DNA of 64,000 bases from Bdellovibrionota bacterium (GTDB lineage: Bacteria > Bdellovibrionota_C > UBA2361 > JAAYZI01), in contig JBMNIF010000005.1 of assembly GCA_050950765.1 (NCBI GenBank), positions 48,373-112,372 on the forward strand, written 5' to 3'. Within the stretch, counting starts at the first letter, position 1, and every line of letters begins with the position of its first letter. A program made the position numbers and the translations under genes. The notes below the pieces were generated by a model that worked only from the letters and a program-made list of their open reading frames with translations, ran no database searches and was not told the origin of the DNA. Positions 41,239 to 51,742 of this stretch are shown in pieces.

Positions 41239-42303
41239 ATGAATAGGTTTTTTTTATCTTCTTGCGCAGCACTGACCCTGATTGCGTCTGCTTGCTCTTC
41301 ATCAAATAAAGATGAGCCGAAAGAGCTCGTAAAAAAAGAGCTGGCTGATATAGATGCTTCACAAGAAGACCTACTCGCTACCGGCAAAAATTTTTATGCT
41401 AAAAGACTTTATTCGATCTCCACAGAATCTTTTTCCTCATTAAAAAATGTATATCCGATCGGACCTTATCGTGAGTTTGCAGAGATAAAAACAGCAGATA
41501 GCCATTTTCAAAGTCGTGAATATACCTTAGCTGCCCCACTTTATGAAAACTTTGTAAGGGATCATCCAGCCTCACCGATCTGCCCATACGCCACACTGAT
41601 GGCAGGGCGCTCTTATCAACTCTCTTACGGCGGACTAGGACGGGATACAGCACCACTTGAGAAAGCCTTACAGATGTATAAAAGGCTTGACAGACTCTAC
41701 CCCACCTCTCCATACGCCGTAGATGCTAAAACTTTACAACGAAAGATCATCCAAGAGCTTATTGCAAAACAGGAGAAGATTATCGATTTCTATCAACGAC
41801 AGGAATTTGATAATGCAGCACAATCACGAGCAGAGATCTTAAAAAAAGATTGGGAGCCTCGTTTAGAAAAGATTAAAAGATCTGAACGTTCCGCTAAACA
41901 GAAACGCGCTGCTCAAAAACCTCACATCGCCTTAAACCAACTCCCCCCTCTTAAGGTGGCAACCCTCAATAAACCGCAATCAGTAAAGGAAAAAGAGAGT
42001 GATACATCTTCACAGAACGGCATTAACCTACTAAGTTGCGCACAAGGCATGGCAACTTTTGCTCTAAATGACCGCGCCCTACTCCCTGAATTCAATAAGG
42101 TGAAGGTAGCAACACCCGTAGATGGAAAAGTCTCTATCTCTATCTCCGCCACCACTCCTTTAAGTGTCACCGACACCACCCTTGATTGTTTTGCAGATAA
42201 AGATCTAACCATCACAAAAAACGCCATTTTATTAACCACAACACGCCGCCTCCTACTTTTTACACTTACCCATCCGATGCGACTGGTGATAATGCCTGAA
42301 TAG
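41239..42303 (+). CDS. bamD: Outer-membrane assembly lipoprotein BamD with C-terminal extension
   Basis: Lipobox ASAC; TPR motifs YPIGPY, FVRDHPAS, GRD, YPTSPY, FY...AA. Confidence 0.82.
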   Translation: MNRFFLSSCAALTLIASACSSSNKDEPKELVKKELADIDASQEDLLATGKNFYAKRLYSISTESFSSLKNVYPIGPYREFAEIKTADSHFQSREYTLAAPLYENFVRDHPASPICPYATLMAGRSYQLSYGGLGRDTAPLEKALQMYKRLDRLYPTSPYAVDAKTLQRKIIQELIAKQEKIIDFYQRQEFDNAAQSRAEILKKDWEPRLEKIKRSERSAKQKRAAQKPHIALNQLPPLKVATLNKPQSVKEKESDTSSQNGINLLSCAQGMATFALNDRALLPEFNKVKVATPVDGKVSISISATTPLSVTDTTLDCFADKDLTITKNAILLTTTRRLLLFTLTHPMRLVIMPE

Positions 42304-42537
42304 CCTTCTTCAAAATAAGTGCTAGCACGGTTGTGCGTTCTCTTAAGTTGTGAAAGTATTAACATTTTCAGTAAAATACCCTCTGGTCAGATTGCCTGAT
42401 TAGGAATTACACTCATTAAGTCTCAACTACTCTTGCACTCTTTAACGGGCTGTTATGTTTGGAGTTTTCACTTCAACAAAGGCTTACTGTTTAGTGTCAC
42501 TACGTAGGGGGGAGAGAGTTTCGTATTTTTTGTCAGT

Positions 42538-43497
42538 ATGAAGATACCTTCGTTACATAATGGACTTAATAAAACGACGCTGGATCGGATTTTGCGTAAA
42601 GATGCCGTCGATCGAGCGGTGCGTTGGATCAGGTATTTTATTATCGCAATCTGCATAATCGCCACAAGTTGGGGTCTTAAAGAGATCTTGGAAAACATAC
42701 TGCTCGGAGAAACAGCCATTACAGAGATGAACAACTTTGTTGAAGCCAAGATATCAGGAATCAATAACAGTGTAGCGAAAAAAAAAGAGCCTGTCAGTTA
42801 TAAAAAGATCGTAAAACAACAGATCTTTGGAAGGATCGGAGCACAAAAAGCCGAGACCAAGCCAGTTCCTAATCTTGGTGGTAATTACCCCACCACTACT
42901 ATCCCCTTAAAGTTGGTAGGTGTTTACTTGTGGGATGATGGTGATCACGCAGCAACTATTCAAAAAGCAGAAGACAAAAATGTAGAAGACACTTTCAGTC
43001 TAAATGAGAAGATCGTTTTTTCTCCAAATTATGTGGCAGAGCTATCAGAGTTGGCAGATGCCCCTACTCTGGCAGCCGTCTATCATGATCGTGTTGAAAT
43101 AGTTGATCCCAGCGGCAGACGCGAGGTTTTATTTTTGGAAGATGATGTTACGAGCTCGAGCACAACAGACCCAGCTTCTGAAGCGATCATAGTAAAAGAG
43201 AGTGACCTAGATGCAGCCCTTTCTAATTTACCGCAGCTTTTGCAACAGGCCCGTGCTGTGCCATACTTTAAAGATGGAAAATCGATTGGATTGCGTCTTT
43301 TTGCTATTAGACCCGGAAGCTTATATGAAAAGGTCGGACTGCAAAACGGAGATATCTTAAAAGAGATTAATGGCAACAGTATGAGCGATATTACTCAAGC
43401 CATTAAATTATTTGAAACGCTCAAGCAAGAGAAAAATATTATTGTAAAACTTGAGCGTCAACGAGTAGATAAAACTTTAAGGTATTCAATTCGGTAG
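42538..43497 (+). CDS. gspC: Type II secretion protein GspC (PDZ type)
   Basis: TM, HR domain (LKLVGV), ARAVPYFKDGKSIGLRLFAIRPGS...GLQNGDI PDZ. Confidence 0.88.
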   Translation: MKIPSLHNGLNKTTLDRILRKDAVDRAVRWIRYFIIAICIIATSWGLKEILENILLGETAITEMNNFVEAKISGINNSVAKKKEPVSYKKIVKQQIFGRIGAQKAETKPVPNLGGNYPTTTIPLKLVGVYLWDDGDHAATIQKAEDKNVEDTFSLNEKIVFSPNYVAELSELADAPTLAAVYHDRVEIVDPSGRREVLFLEDDVTSSSTTDPASEAIIVKESDLDAALSNLPQLLQQARAVPYFKDGKSIGLRLFAIRPGSLYEKVGLQNGDILKEINGNSMSDITQAIKLFETLKQEKNIIVKLERQRVDKTLRYSIR

Positions 43498-43505
43498 AAA
43501 CAGAT

Positions 43506-46274
43506 ATGAGAAGAGAAAGAATTACATTAAAATCTATTTTGTCACCAATCTGGATGTGCTTTGTTTTAGGTTTAATTTTTTTAATTATTCCGTCTGTCGA
43601 AGCACAACAAAAAACACCACCGCAAGGGGGGGCTGCCACTAATGACATAAAAAACACCGAAAGAGGGATCATTGCAAAAGATGTAAGACTTGATTCTATT
43701 ATTAAAATTTTCAGTAGAAAGACCAACAGAAACTATATTTTTGATGAACGCGTGCAGGGTGCAGTTTCTATTTCACTTCCGGCAGATAAGGCTTCCGTCA
43801 AACAAGCTGCTCAAATTTTGGATTCTATTTTACAGTTTAAAGGCTATACATCCGTACCGATCGGAGAAAATCTTTGGAAGATCGTTCCTGCAAAGGATGC
43901 AAAACAAACAACTATTCCAACAATAAATGAGATTGAAGGTCGCGGCTCTCCGATTATGGTGACTCGCCTGATAAATCTTAAGTTTGTAGCAGCAGATGAT
44001 GTAAAGCAGCTCTTAGGTCCCTTAATCTCCCCCTCTGGACTTATGAACGCTTACACAGCGACCAATTCATTAATTATTATCGATGCTGAAGAAAACATAA
44101 AACGGTTAATGAATCTGATCGATGAAATGGATGTTCCGTTCTCAAACCGAGAGATGATAATCATCCCAGTAAAACATGCAGTAGCTGCTGATCTCGCTAA
44201 CACCATCAAAGAATTACTTGGAGAAGGTTCCGAACAACAAAAAAGCGCTAATGAACAGAACCTCGATTTCATTAGAGCTAGAATGCAAAATAACATGATG
44301 ATGGGAAGACGTAGACAGGAGAGAATGCTCCAAGCAAATGAAGAAAGCGCAGCAGAAACTGTTGGTGCTGCCAGATCAAGAGCACCTAAAATTTTGGCAG
44401 ATGAACGCACTAATTCTATAATAGTTGTGGCAGATGAGGATACGGCAGCTAGAGTTAGAGCTTTAGTCTCGGAGTTGGATAGCTCGGTTGATATGGCGGG
44501 GATGCACTTCTATGTTTATAAGTGTATTCATGCCGATGCTGATGAACTAGCAAACGTCTTATCAACAGTTGCTAGCGGTGGTGGAGCCAGTAACACTAAC
44601 TCAAACGTTTCAAGAGGATCTTCTTTCTCACAAAATCAGAGCTCCAATGCTAGGAATCGTAATACCTCTAACTACCGTTTAGGAGGTAGTAATAATTCCT
44701 CTTCTACTAGAACAGATTCCGCTACCAGCAGCGGCTCGCAATCGTCTACTAGTGTTACTTTTGGCGAAAACCTTTCAATCACCTCCGATCCAGCTACGAA
44801 CTCTTTAGTTATTTACGGCACAAAAGCCGATTACGACAGAGTTTTAGCATTGATTAAAGAATTGGACGTAAAACGGAGACAGGTCTTAGTAGAAGCTTTA
44901 TTGTTAGAAGTTAAAATTTCAGATTCGATGGCGTTAAGTTCCGAATTCATAACTTCAGGGGGTGGCTCTGATGGCGGAGTGGTTGGTATGAACAACTTGG
45001 GAAGTATCTCAACGCTATTAACCAATCCGACCCAGTTATCACAATTTACAATGGCGGTAGCAAGCGCAGGTACTTTAACCCTCCCTGGAGATATCACTAT
45101 TCCAACACAATCCATGATGCTCTCTGCCGCTAGTCAAAATAACCGCGTCAATGTCCTTAGCGCTCCTACTATACTGGCTACTGATAATGAAGAAGCAGAG
45201 ATTATCGTTGGTGAAAATGTACCCTTTCTTGCTAGCACCTCCAGCAGTACTGAAAATTTAAATAATACCTTTAATCAGATCGATAGACAGGATGTTGGTA
45301 TTACTTTGCGTTTAACTCCGCAAATTAGTTCGCGAGATTATGTAAAACTTAATATTTTTACGGAAGTTTCTAACGTCATCTCAGATACCTCGACCTCTGA
45401 ATTAGGACCGACCACAACTATCAGAACCAGCCAAACAACCGTTATTGCAAAAGATTCACAGATGATAGTAATCGGCGGTTTAATGGGAGAAAATATCGAG
45501 GAAACAGAAACGGGTGTTCCCTATTTAAGAAATATTCCGATTCTTGGTCACCTCTTTAAAGGATATTCGACCTCTGATGACAGAAACAATCTCTTAATTT
45601 TTATTACGCCCCGAATTATTAAAGATCAATTTGATATTCGAGATAACTCCGTTGAGATGCGAGATTCTTTCGATCGTTTCATGCAAAACAAAGAAGTACA
45701 CCCCAGAAGAGATGATGTCCTCTACAATGAAAATATCGATAAGGTAGTTGAATCTGAAATTTATAGTGGTAAGAAACCAAGCACCATCCTTCCTCCTCTT
45801 AAGGATGACGGTGCATTATCTGAGGAGGATACAGAGCGCCTTAAAGAGAACGTTTCAGAACCGATCTCCTTAAGGATCACCCCACATATAAAAACAACTG
45901 ATAAGAAAGAAACGGTCGTTTCTCAAAACTCTGTAAAAGATCCGAGATCTTTAAAGAAAAGTTCAGATCTTTTTATAGTCCTTCAAGCTATGCGCGGAGA
46001 ACGTCCAAGCGACATTCCGTTCTCAATAACTACAGCTGGAGTTACCGGTATTGTAATACCTGCTGAAAGTAATCAACTTGCAAAATCATTTTTCCAAGAA
46101 GGTGGAGTTTATCAATACAAAATGAAAGAGAACAATATCCCTCTACAAGTAGTTGCCATCTTTCCATCTAAAGAAGCTGCTACAAAAAATTACGGCACAT
46201 TAAAAAATTCTTGGTACACCCTTTCACCTTTTGAATTAATTAGATTAGGTCAATCGCCTTGGAGCAAACGTTAA
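43506..46274 (+). CDS. gspD: Type II secretion secretin GspD with long C-terminal extension
   Basis: N0-N3 repeats (TNSLII, DERTNSII), QVLVEA, VLSAPTI, DVGITLRLTPQI, GVPYLRNIPILGHLF. Confidence 0.95.
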   Translation: MRRERITLKSILSPIWMCFVLGLIFLIIPSVEAQQKTPPQGGAATNDIKNTERGIIAKDVRLDSIIKIFSRKTNRNYIFDERVQGAVSISLPADKASVKQAAQILDSILQFKGYTSVPIGENLWKIVPAKDAKQTTIPTINEIEGRGSPIMVTRLINLKFVAADDVKQLLGPLISPSGLMNAYTATNSLIIIDAEENIKRLMNLIDEMDVPFSNREMIIIPVKHAVAADLANTIKELLGEGSEQQKSANEQNLDFIRARMQNNMMMGRRRQERMLQANEESAAETVGAARSRAPKILADERTNSIIVVADEDTAARVRALVSELDSSVDMAGMHFYVYKCIHADADELANVLSTVASGGGASNTNSNVSRGSSFSQNQSSNARNRNTSNYRLGGSNNSSSTRTDSATSSGSQSSTSVTFGENLSITSDPATNSLVIYGTKADYDRVLALIKELDVKRRQVLVEALLLEVKISDSMALSSEFITSGGGSDGGVVGMNNLGSISTLLTNPTQLSQFTMAVASAGTLTLPGDITIPTQSMMLSAASQNNRVNVLSAPTILATDNEEAEIIVGENVPFLASTSSSTENLNNTFNQIDRQDVGITLRLTPQISSRDYVKLNIFTEVSNVISDTSTSELGPTTTIRTSQTTVIAKDSQMIVIGGLMGENIEETETGVPYLRNIPILGHLFKGYSTSDDRNNLLIFITPRIIKDQFDIRDNSVEMRDSFDRFMQNKEVHPRRDDVLYNENIDKVVESEIYSGKKPSTILPPLKDDGALSEEDTERLKENVSEPISLRITPHIKTTDKKETVVSQNSVKDPRSLKKSSDLFIVLQAMRGERPSDIPFSITTAGVTGIVIPAESNQLAKSFFQEGGVYQYKMKENNIPLQVVAIFPSKEAATKNYGTLKNSWYTLSPFELIRLGQSPWSKR

Positions 46275-46291
46275 AGTAAGGAGCATATCTT

Positions 46292-47911
46292 TTGGTAGAA
46301 GAACTAATTACAGAACATGAAGAAGTTACAGCATCTGTAGATCGATCAGCGCTACAACCGCTGGCGCGCTCTTTAGGGCTCTCTTTTTATGAGACGCTTC
46401 AAGATCCTACACCGCCACGAAATTTATTGCGTGGTGATTTTGATAGAATAGCCGGATCTTGGGGACGACAGTATGCAACTGTACCGATCGCAGAAGATGA
46501 TAATAATGTAATTGTTGCAACAGCAGATCCTTTAAACACAACGGCTATCGATGAGCTGCGACTTTGTTATCAAAAACCGTTAAAAGTTATTGTAGCACCC
46601 CAAGATGAGATCATTAAAGCGATAAACGCCATTAGAACTACCTTAATGAGCGATAGATCAAGCGAGTTATCATCTTCACAAAAAAGAGAGGATGATAGAG
46701 AGTTTGAACAACAGTTGAAGATCGATGTAACAGACGCTGAAGATGACGATGCTCCTATCATCAGATACGTTAACGCCATTATCTTTAAAGCGAGTTCAGA
46801 GCGCGCTTCTGATGTGCACGTTGAACCTTATGAAGATATTTTGAAGGTTCGTTTCAGAATCGATGGTGTTTTATATGAAGTTGCCAAAGAGGATAAAGCT
46901 TTTCAAGCCGCCATTATCTCTCGTATTAAAGTTATGGCAGGATTGAACATCGCAGAAAAAAGATTGCCGCAAGATGGTCGTATCGGTTTGAAGATCGCTG
47001 GTAAGGATGTCGATATCCGTGTTTCAACAGTACCGACTCAATTCGGAGAACGCGTAGTGATGCGTTTACTTGATAAAACCACAACAGTTTTAGATCTGGA
47101 ACAGATCGGATTACAAGGTCATAACCTTGAGATGGTTGAAAAACTAATCCAAAAACCTAACGGAATTATCCTAGTCACAGGGCCGACAGGTAGTGGAAAA
47201 ACGACTACCCTTTATTCTTGTTTAACACGCATTAACACTCCAGATCTAAACATCCTGACAGTTGAAGATCCTATCGAGTATCAATTAAACGGCATCGGTC
47301 AGATGCAGGTTAATCCGAAGATTAATTTTACATTTGCTAACGGCTTGCGCGCTATCTTACGTCAAGATCCTGATGTGGTTATGGTCGGAGAGATTCGTGA
47401 TAACGAAACGGCTAATATCGCTATTCAAGCATCTTTAACAGGTCACTTAGTACTCTCCACCTTACATACAAATGATGCAGCAGGTGCTATTGCACGTCTC
47501 TTTGATATGGATATTGAACCGTTCTTAGTCGCCTCTAGCCTATTAGCTGTTATGGCACAGAGGTTAGTACGCAAATTGTGCCCACATTGCAGAATCCCTT
47601 ATGAGATGTCAGATACCGAACTTTTAGAACTCGGATTAGATCCTAAGAAAACTAAAGATCGTCACGCTTTTAAGCCAAGTCACGGTTGCTCTGAGTGTCA
47701 AAACGGATACTCAGGACGAAGTGGGATTCATGAATTATTGGTGATTGATGATGAGATTAGGAGCCTGATCCTTCAAAGGTACGATTCCAACACCATTAAA
47801 AATGCTGCTGTAAAAAAAGGTTTCGTGACCTTGCGTGTTGATGGAGCACAAAAAGTTTTAAGAGGAATCACCTCCCTTGAAGAGGTCTTTATGGTTACTC
47901 AAGATGGCTGA
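46292..47911 (+). CDS. gspE: Type II secretion ATPase GspE
   Basis: ASDVHVEP, LPQDGRI, GPTGSGKTTT, LRQDPDVVMVGEIRD, TLHTND, tetracysteine motif. Confidence 0.96.
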   Translation: MVEELITEHEEVTASVDRSALQPLARSLGLSFYETLQDPTPPRNLLRGDFDRIAGSWGRQYATVPIAEDDNNVIVATADPLNTTAIDELRLCYQKPLKVIVAPQDEIIKAINAIRTTLMSDRSSELSSSQKREDDREFEQQLKIDVTDAEDDDAPIIRYVNAIIFKASSERASDVHVEPYEDILKVRFRIDGVLYEVAKEDKAFQAAIISRIKVMAGLNIAEKRLPQDGRIGLKIAGKDVDIRVSTVPTQFGERVVMRLLDKTTTVLDLEQIGLQGHNLEMVEKLIQKPNGIILVTGPTGSGKTTTLYSCLTRINTPDLNILTVEDPIEYQLNGIGQMQVNPKINFTFANGLRAILRQDPDVVMVGEIRDNETANIAIQASLTGHLVLSTLHTNDAAGAIARLFDMDIEPFLVASSLLAVMAQRLVRKLCPHCRIPYEMSDTELLELGLDPKKTKDRHAFKPSHGCSECQNGYSGRSGIHELLVIDDEIRSLILQRYDSNTIKNAAVKKGFVTLRVDGAQKVLRGITSLEEVFMVTQDG

Positions 47912-47937
47912 TTATAATTTTGTTTTGGTGGTATTTT

Positions 47938-49164
47938 ATGCCGAGTTTTGAATACACTGCCATAAACCAAAAGGGGCATTCAAAAAAAGGAACCATCGAT
48001 GCTGATAGTTTACGTTTAGCACGCCAAAAACTACGTGAGCGCGGCATTTTTCCGACTTCTATTAAAGAGAGCAAGACTGTTGTCGTTCATAAATCTCAAG
48101 ATATCGGTAAATTTTTTCAACGTAACCATATCTCTACTAAGGAGCTTGCTATTTTAACTAGACAACTAGCAACTCTTGTCGGTGCAGGACTGCCCCTAAT
48201 TAGTGCCCTCACCGCTTTAACTGATCAGACTGATTCTCAACTTTTAAAACGTATGATTGTTGATATCAAAGAAGATGTTGAGGGTGGATCTTCATTAGCT
48301 AAAGCTTTCGGTGCTTTTCCTAAATCTTTCCCCCGTCTTTACACCAATATGGTGGCAGCAGGCGAAGCCTCAGGGCTTCTTGATAAAGTCTTAAATAACT
48401 TAGCTGATTATCTGGAAGGTCAATTAGTCCTACGCAGTAAATTAAAAAAGGCCTTAACCTACCCTATTATGATGATGATCTTATGCGTCATCGTTATAGC
48501 TGTTTTAATGGTTTTTGTTGTACCTAAAATAGTTGAAATATTCGATAAAAAAGGGGCTGTTCTCCCACTACCTACCAGAATTGTAATGTGGTGTTCAAAC
48601 AACTTTATTACTTGTAGTCTTATTGTTGGTGCAGCAATCGCCGCTTTGCTCGCATTTTTACATTGGTATTACAAACAGGAAAAAGGTCGAAAAGTCCTTG
48701 ATAAACTCCTTATTAAGTGCCCTATTTTTGGTAAAATTTATGTTAAAGTAGCGACTTCACGGACTGCTTCAACTTTAAGTGCCTTATTAACGAGTGGCGT
48801 ACAATTACTTACAGCTTTAGAGATTACAAAACGCACCATGGCTAATATTCACTACGAAGAAGGCCTTGAACAGGTGCGGATCGGAGTTGCTGAAGGTCGT
48901 AGCCTCGCCACAGAGCTAAGCAAAACAAAACTTTATCCATCGATGCTCTTTCATATGATTGCAGTTGGTGAAAAAAGTGGTGAATTAGAAAGCATGATGC
49001 GGCGTGCTGGAGAAACATACGAAACAGAGGTTAAAAATACCCTTGACGGACTCTCCACTTTAATTGAGCCGTTAATTATCGTTTTTGTTGGTGGTGTCGT
49101 GCTTTTTATTGTTATCTCAATCTTGCTACCAATGGCAGATCTGATGTCGATTATGCAGAAATAG
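47938..49164 (+). CDS. gspF: Type II secretion inner-membrane protein GspF
   Basis: TRQLATLVGAGLPL, AGEASG.L, ALTYP, GEKSGEL, LIEP. Confidence 0.95.
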   Translation: MPSFEYTAINQKGHSKKGTIDADSLRLARQKLRERGIFPTSIKESKTVVVHKSQDIGKFFQRNHISTKELAILTRQLATLVGAGLPLISALTALTDQTDSQLLKRMIVDIKEDVEGGSSLAKAFGAFPKSFPRLYTNMVAAGEASGLLDKVLNNLADYLEGQLVLRSKLKKALTYPIMMMILCVIVIAVLMVFVVPKIVEIFDKKGAVLPLPTRIVMWCSNNFITCSLIVGAAIAALLAFLHWYYKQEKGRKVLDKLLIKCPIFGKIYVKVATSRTASTLSALLTSGVQLLTALEITKRTMANIHYEEGLEQVRIGVAEGRSLATELSKTKLYPSMLFHMIAVGEKSGELESMMRRAGETYETEVKNTLDGLSTLIEPLIIVFVGGVVLFIVISILLPMADLMSIMQK

Positions 49165-49232
49165 CTCTGGTGCGTTAAGAGCCTTTGTTGCATAATATAG
49201 AGTTGTGTTGTTACGCTTTTTTATAAGAGGCA

Positions 49233-49667
49233 ATGTCTATGTCAAACAAATCAAAGAGAGAGCAACTTTCAGAACGAGGCTTTACCCTTGTTGAGATTAT
49301 CGTTGTGATCGTTATTTTAGGAATCTTAATGACAACTTTTGGCGGAAAAGTTTTCACTTCTGCTGAACGTGCCAGAGCCGACTTAACTAAAACCAAGATG
49401 GAGGAGATTAAACACTACATCGGAGAGTTTAACTTGCGCTACAACAAGAATCCACGCAACTTTCAAGACCTTACGCAGTGCACCGATCTAACTGGAAGTG
49501 GTTGCACTCCGATAATTTCAGATGAAAAAGATTTAAAGGATGCTTGGGGTAACGATCTTGTATTTCAATCTTCAGGTGGTAGAACTTATTCCATTACAAG
49601 TTATGGAGCTGATGGTCAAGCAGGTGGTGAAGGCGTTGATAGTGATATTAAAATAGACGGTCCTTAA
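49233..49667 (+). CDS. gspG: Major pseudopilin GspG
   Basis: G/FTLVE prepilin site; DAWGN; SYGADGQAGGEGVDSDI. Confidence 0.92.
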   Translation: MSMSNKSKREQLSERGFTLVEIIVVIVILGILMTTFGGKVFTSAERARADLTKTKMEEIKHYIGEFNLRYNKNPRNFQDLTQCTDLTGSGCTPIISDEKDLKDAWGNDLVFQSSGGRTYSITSYGADGQAGGEGVDSDIKIDGP

Positions 49668-49684
49668 AGATACGCCTGCCTTTC

Positions 49685-50395
49685 ATGGTTTTTAATATCG
49701 TGAAAAAAAATAAGTTACCCGATCTGCCGCAGATTTGTGAAAGAGCTTTTACACTCCTTGAAGTGGTGATGGTGATCTTGGTGTTGGGAGTTGCCTATGC
49801 GCTATTAGTGCCACGCTTACCTAGCGTACAGTACTGGAGAGAAGAAGCCATGATCAGAAGACTCTCCGAGACGATCTCTTTTCTACATAGGCAGGCTATA
49901 AATGACGGTGTTTATTACCGTTTAGAGTTCGATCTAGATGGCACCCTTGAAGGTTGTGAGGATCAACAGTGTTATCGCATCGGAGAGATCGTGGCAGAGG
50001 GGGAAGATACTTCAGCTATCAATAAGGTTGCAAACTTTGATGTGGGCTTTTTAAGTCTAGAATTGGCAGCTTTTTTAAATCCATCACTCGGAGAATATCA
50101 AAACATAGAAGCTCCACGTAACTTTCCATCATTAAAAGATCCTGTAATTTTAGAGCGAGATACAAAAATAGTCGGCATTCGTACTATGCGCGGTGACTTT
50201 TCGGTTGGTGCTAGCAAGAACAGTGAGCGACCTTATGTGATATTTTCTCCGCGGGGTTTTTCAGAGTTTGCAGTAATTCATCTACAACTTAGTGCAGAAG
50301 ATAATAAAGCGACTATCTTGATTAACCCATTTACAGGAATAACTGATATTTATAGAGAACCTCAATTCCGAGACTTTGAATGGACTTACAGCTAA
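49685..50395 (+). CDS. gspH: Minor pseudopilin GspH
   Basis: A/FTLLE prepilin motif; operon position. Confidence 0.75.
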   Translation: MVFNIVKKNKLPDLPQICERAFTLLEVVMVILVLGVAYALLVPRLPSVQYWREEAMIRRLSETISFLHRQAINDGVYYRLEFDLDGTLEGCEDQQCYRIGEIVAEGEDTSAINKVANFDVGFLSLELAAFLNPSLGEYQNIEAPRNFPSLKDPVILERDTKIVGIRTMRGDFSVGASKNSERPYVIFSPRGFSEFAVIHLQLSAEDNKATILINPFTGITDIYREPQFRDFEWTYS

Positions 50396-50922
50396 AAGTA
50401 GAAAGAGAGAGAGCTTCCGAACTGGGATTAACACTGATTGAAGTGTTGATCTCTGTGTTAATTTTAGGTCTCGCTATCTCTACCATTATGGGGCTACAAG
50501 GATCGATTTTGCGTCGCTCAATCCAAGATCGCAATCAACGTTCAGCTATGTTAATTGCGCGTAGTGTATTAGCCGCCATAGAGAAAGATCCGGAGGCAGT
50601 TGAAGAGCAGAACACCATTAAACCTGCAGATAAATTACTGCAAGAGCTACTCGGAGATGACGGTATAGAGATCTTTAAAAGCAACAAAAAAGATGAGGGT
50701 CCGAACGATGATCTCTTATTGAATGATTATAAGATCTCATTAAACGCACAAGATATGGAGGTTCCAATTCCAAATACGGATCAAAATTCAATCCAACTCG
50801 CTTATTTAAGAGAATTTAAGGTTACCGTTTACTGGGGAGAAGAATCTGATGAAAATTTGGAGGTGCTCTATTTTGCCAGAGTTAATCCCCTTAAAAAGGA
50901 AGAAGACTCACAACAGGAATAG
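50380..50922 (+). CDS. gspI: Minor pseudopilin GspI
   Basis: G/LTLIE prepilin motif; VTVYW; operon position. Confidence 0.75.
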   Translation: MDLQLKVERERASELGLTLIEVLISVLILGLAISTIMGLQGSILRRSIQDRNQRSAMLIARSVLAAIEKDPEAVEEQNTIKPADKLLQELLGDDGIEIFKSNKKDEGPNDDLLLNDYKISLNAQDMEVPIPNTDQNSIQLAYLREFKVTVYWGEESDENLEVLYFARVNPLKKEEDSQQE

Positions 50923-50963
50923 CTTTAAAGTAAGGAAACGTTTAAAAAATATTCGGTTAATCA

Positions 50964-51683
50964 ATGAAGTATAATAATCGTTCATATCTGACAGAGGTCG
51001 GCTTTACACTGATAGAGGTCGTAATGGCGATAACGGTAAGTATCGTCGTTACTTCCGTTATTTACACCTCCTTAAGTCAAGTAATGAGTTTAAAAGTTCT
51101 TCTTGATGATGAGAGAGAGTTGGGGATGGTTTCAAATAGCGTTTTAGATAGACTCACGAGGGAGCTGCAACTTATCACGGCAGATAGTGGAAAACTCCTT
51201 CCACCAAAGAACAACCTAAGTCAAACCTACTCGGATAACGTTGATCTGATCGGAGAAAGTGGTTCTCTCCCAAATGGAGAGTCCGGAGATAGCATAACAT
51301 TTATTGCAAAAGATGGTGGTCAATATGTTCATGATGGAATTACTCATACAGGAGCAATTCAGATCACCTATCGGGTCGCAGAAGATCCTGAAAATAGCGC
51401 AGGTAAAGAATATGCCTCTTATTATTTAATTCGTGACGAAACTCCACTTACCAGAAAATATGATACTGCTTATGATAAAACGATGACCTTTCCTGTTACC
51501 AGCAGGTTAGTATCTCTAAGATTCAGATACTTTGACGCAGATGAAGAGGTTTGGAGTGATAAATGGGATGAAAAAAAATATAAACTCCCGCGCCTGATTC
51601 AATTCAAACTAAAGTTAAGAGCTCCAAGTGGTAGGATAAAAAGTTTTGCCAGCACTATCCCAATCGGTCAATCTTCATTGTAG
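50964..51683 (+). CDS. gspJ: Minor pseudopilin GspJ
   Basis: G/FTLIE; LRFRYFD...WSDKWD...LPRLIQF. Confidence 0.85.
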   Translation: MKYNNRSYLTEVGFTLIEVVMAITVSIVVTSVIYTSLSQVMSLKVLLDDERELGMVSNSVLDRLTRELQLITADSGKLLPPKNNLSQTYSDNVDLIGESGSLPNGESGDSITFIAKDGGQYVHDGITHTGAIQITYRVAEDPENSAGKEYASYYLIRDETPLTRKYDTAYDKTMTFPVTSRLVSLRFRYFDADEEVWSDKWDEKKYKLPRLIQFKLKLRAPSGRIKSFASTIPIGQSSL

Positions 51684-51742
51684 ATAATTCATAATAATTT
51701 AATATATCTAGCCACTTGCTCCAATAAAAAAGTAATGCCACA

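Noticed and set aside
42320-42340. Sigma54 promoter upstream of gspC (TAGCACGGTTGTGC)
   Set aside because: No GG at -24 and the spacing is one base short
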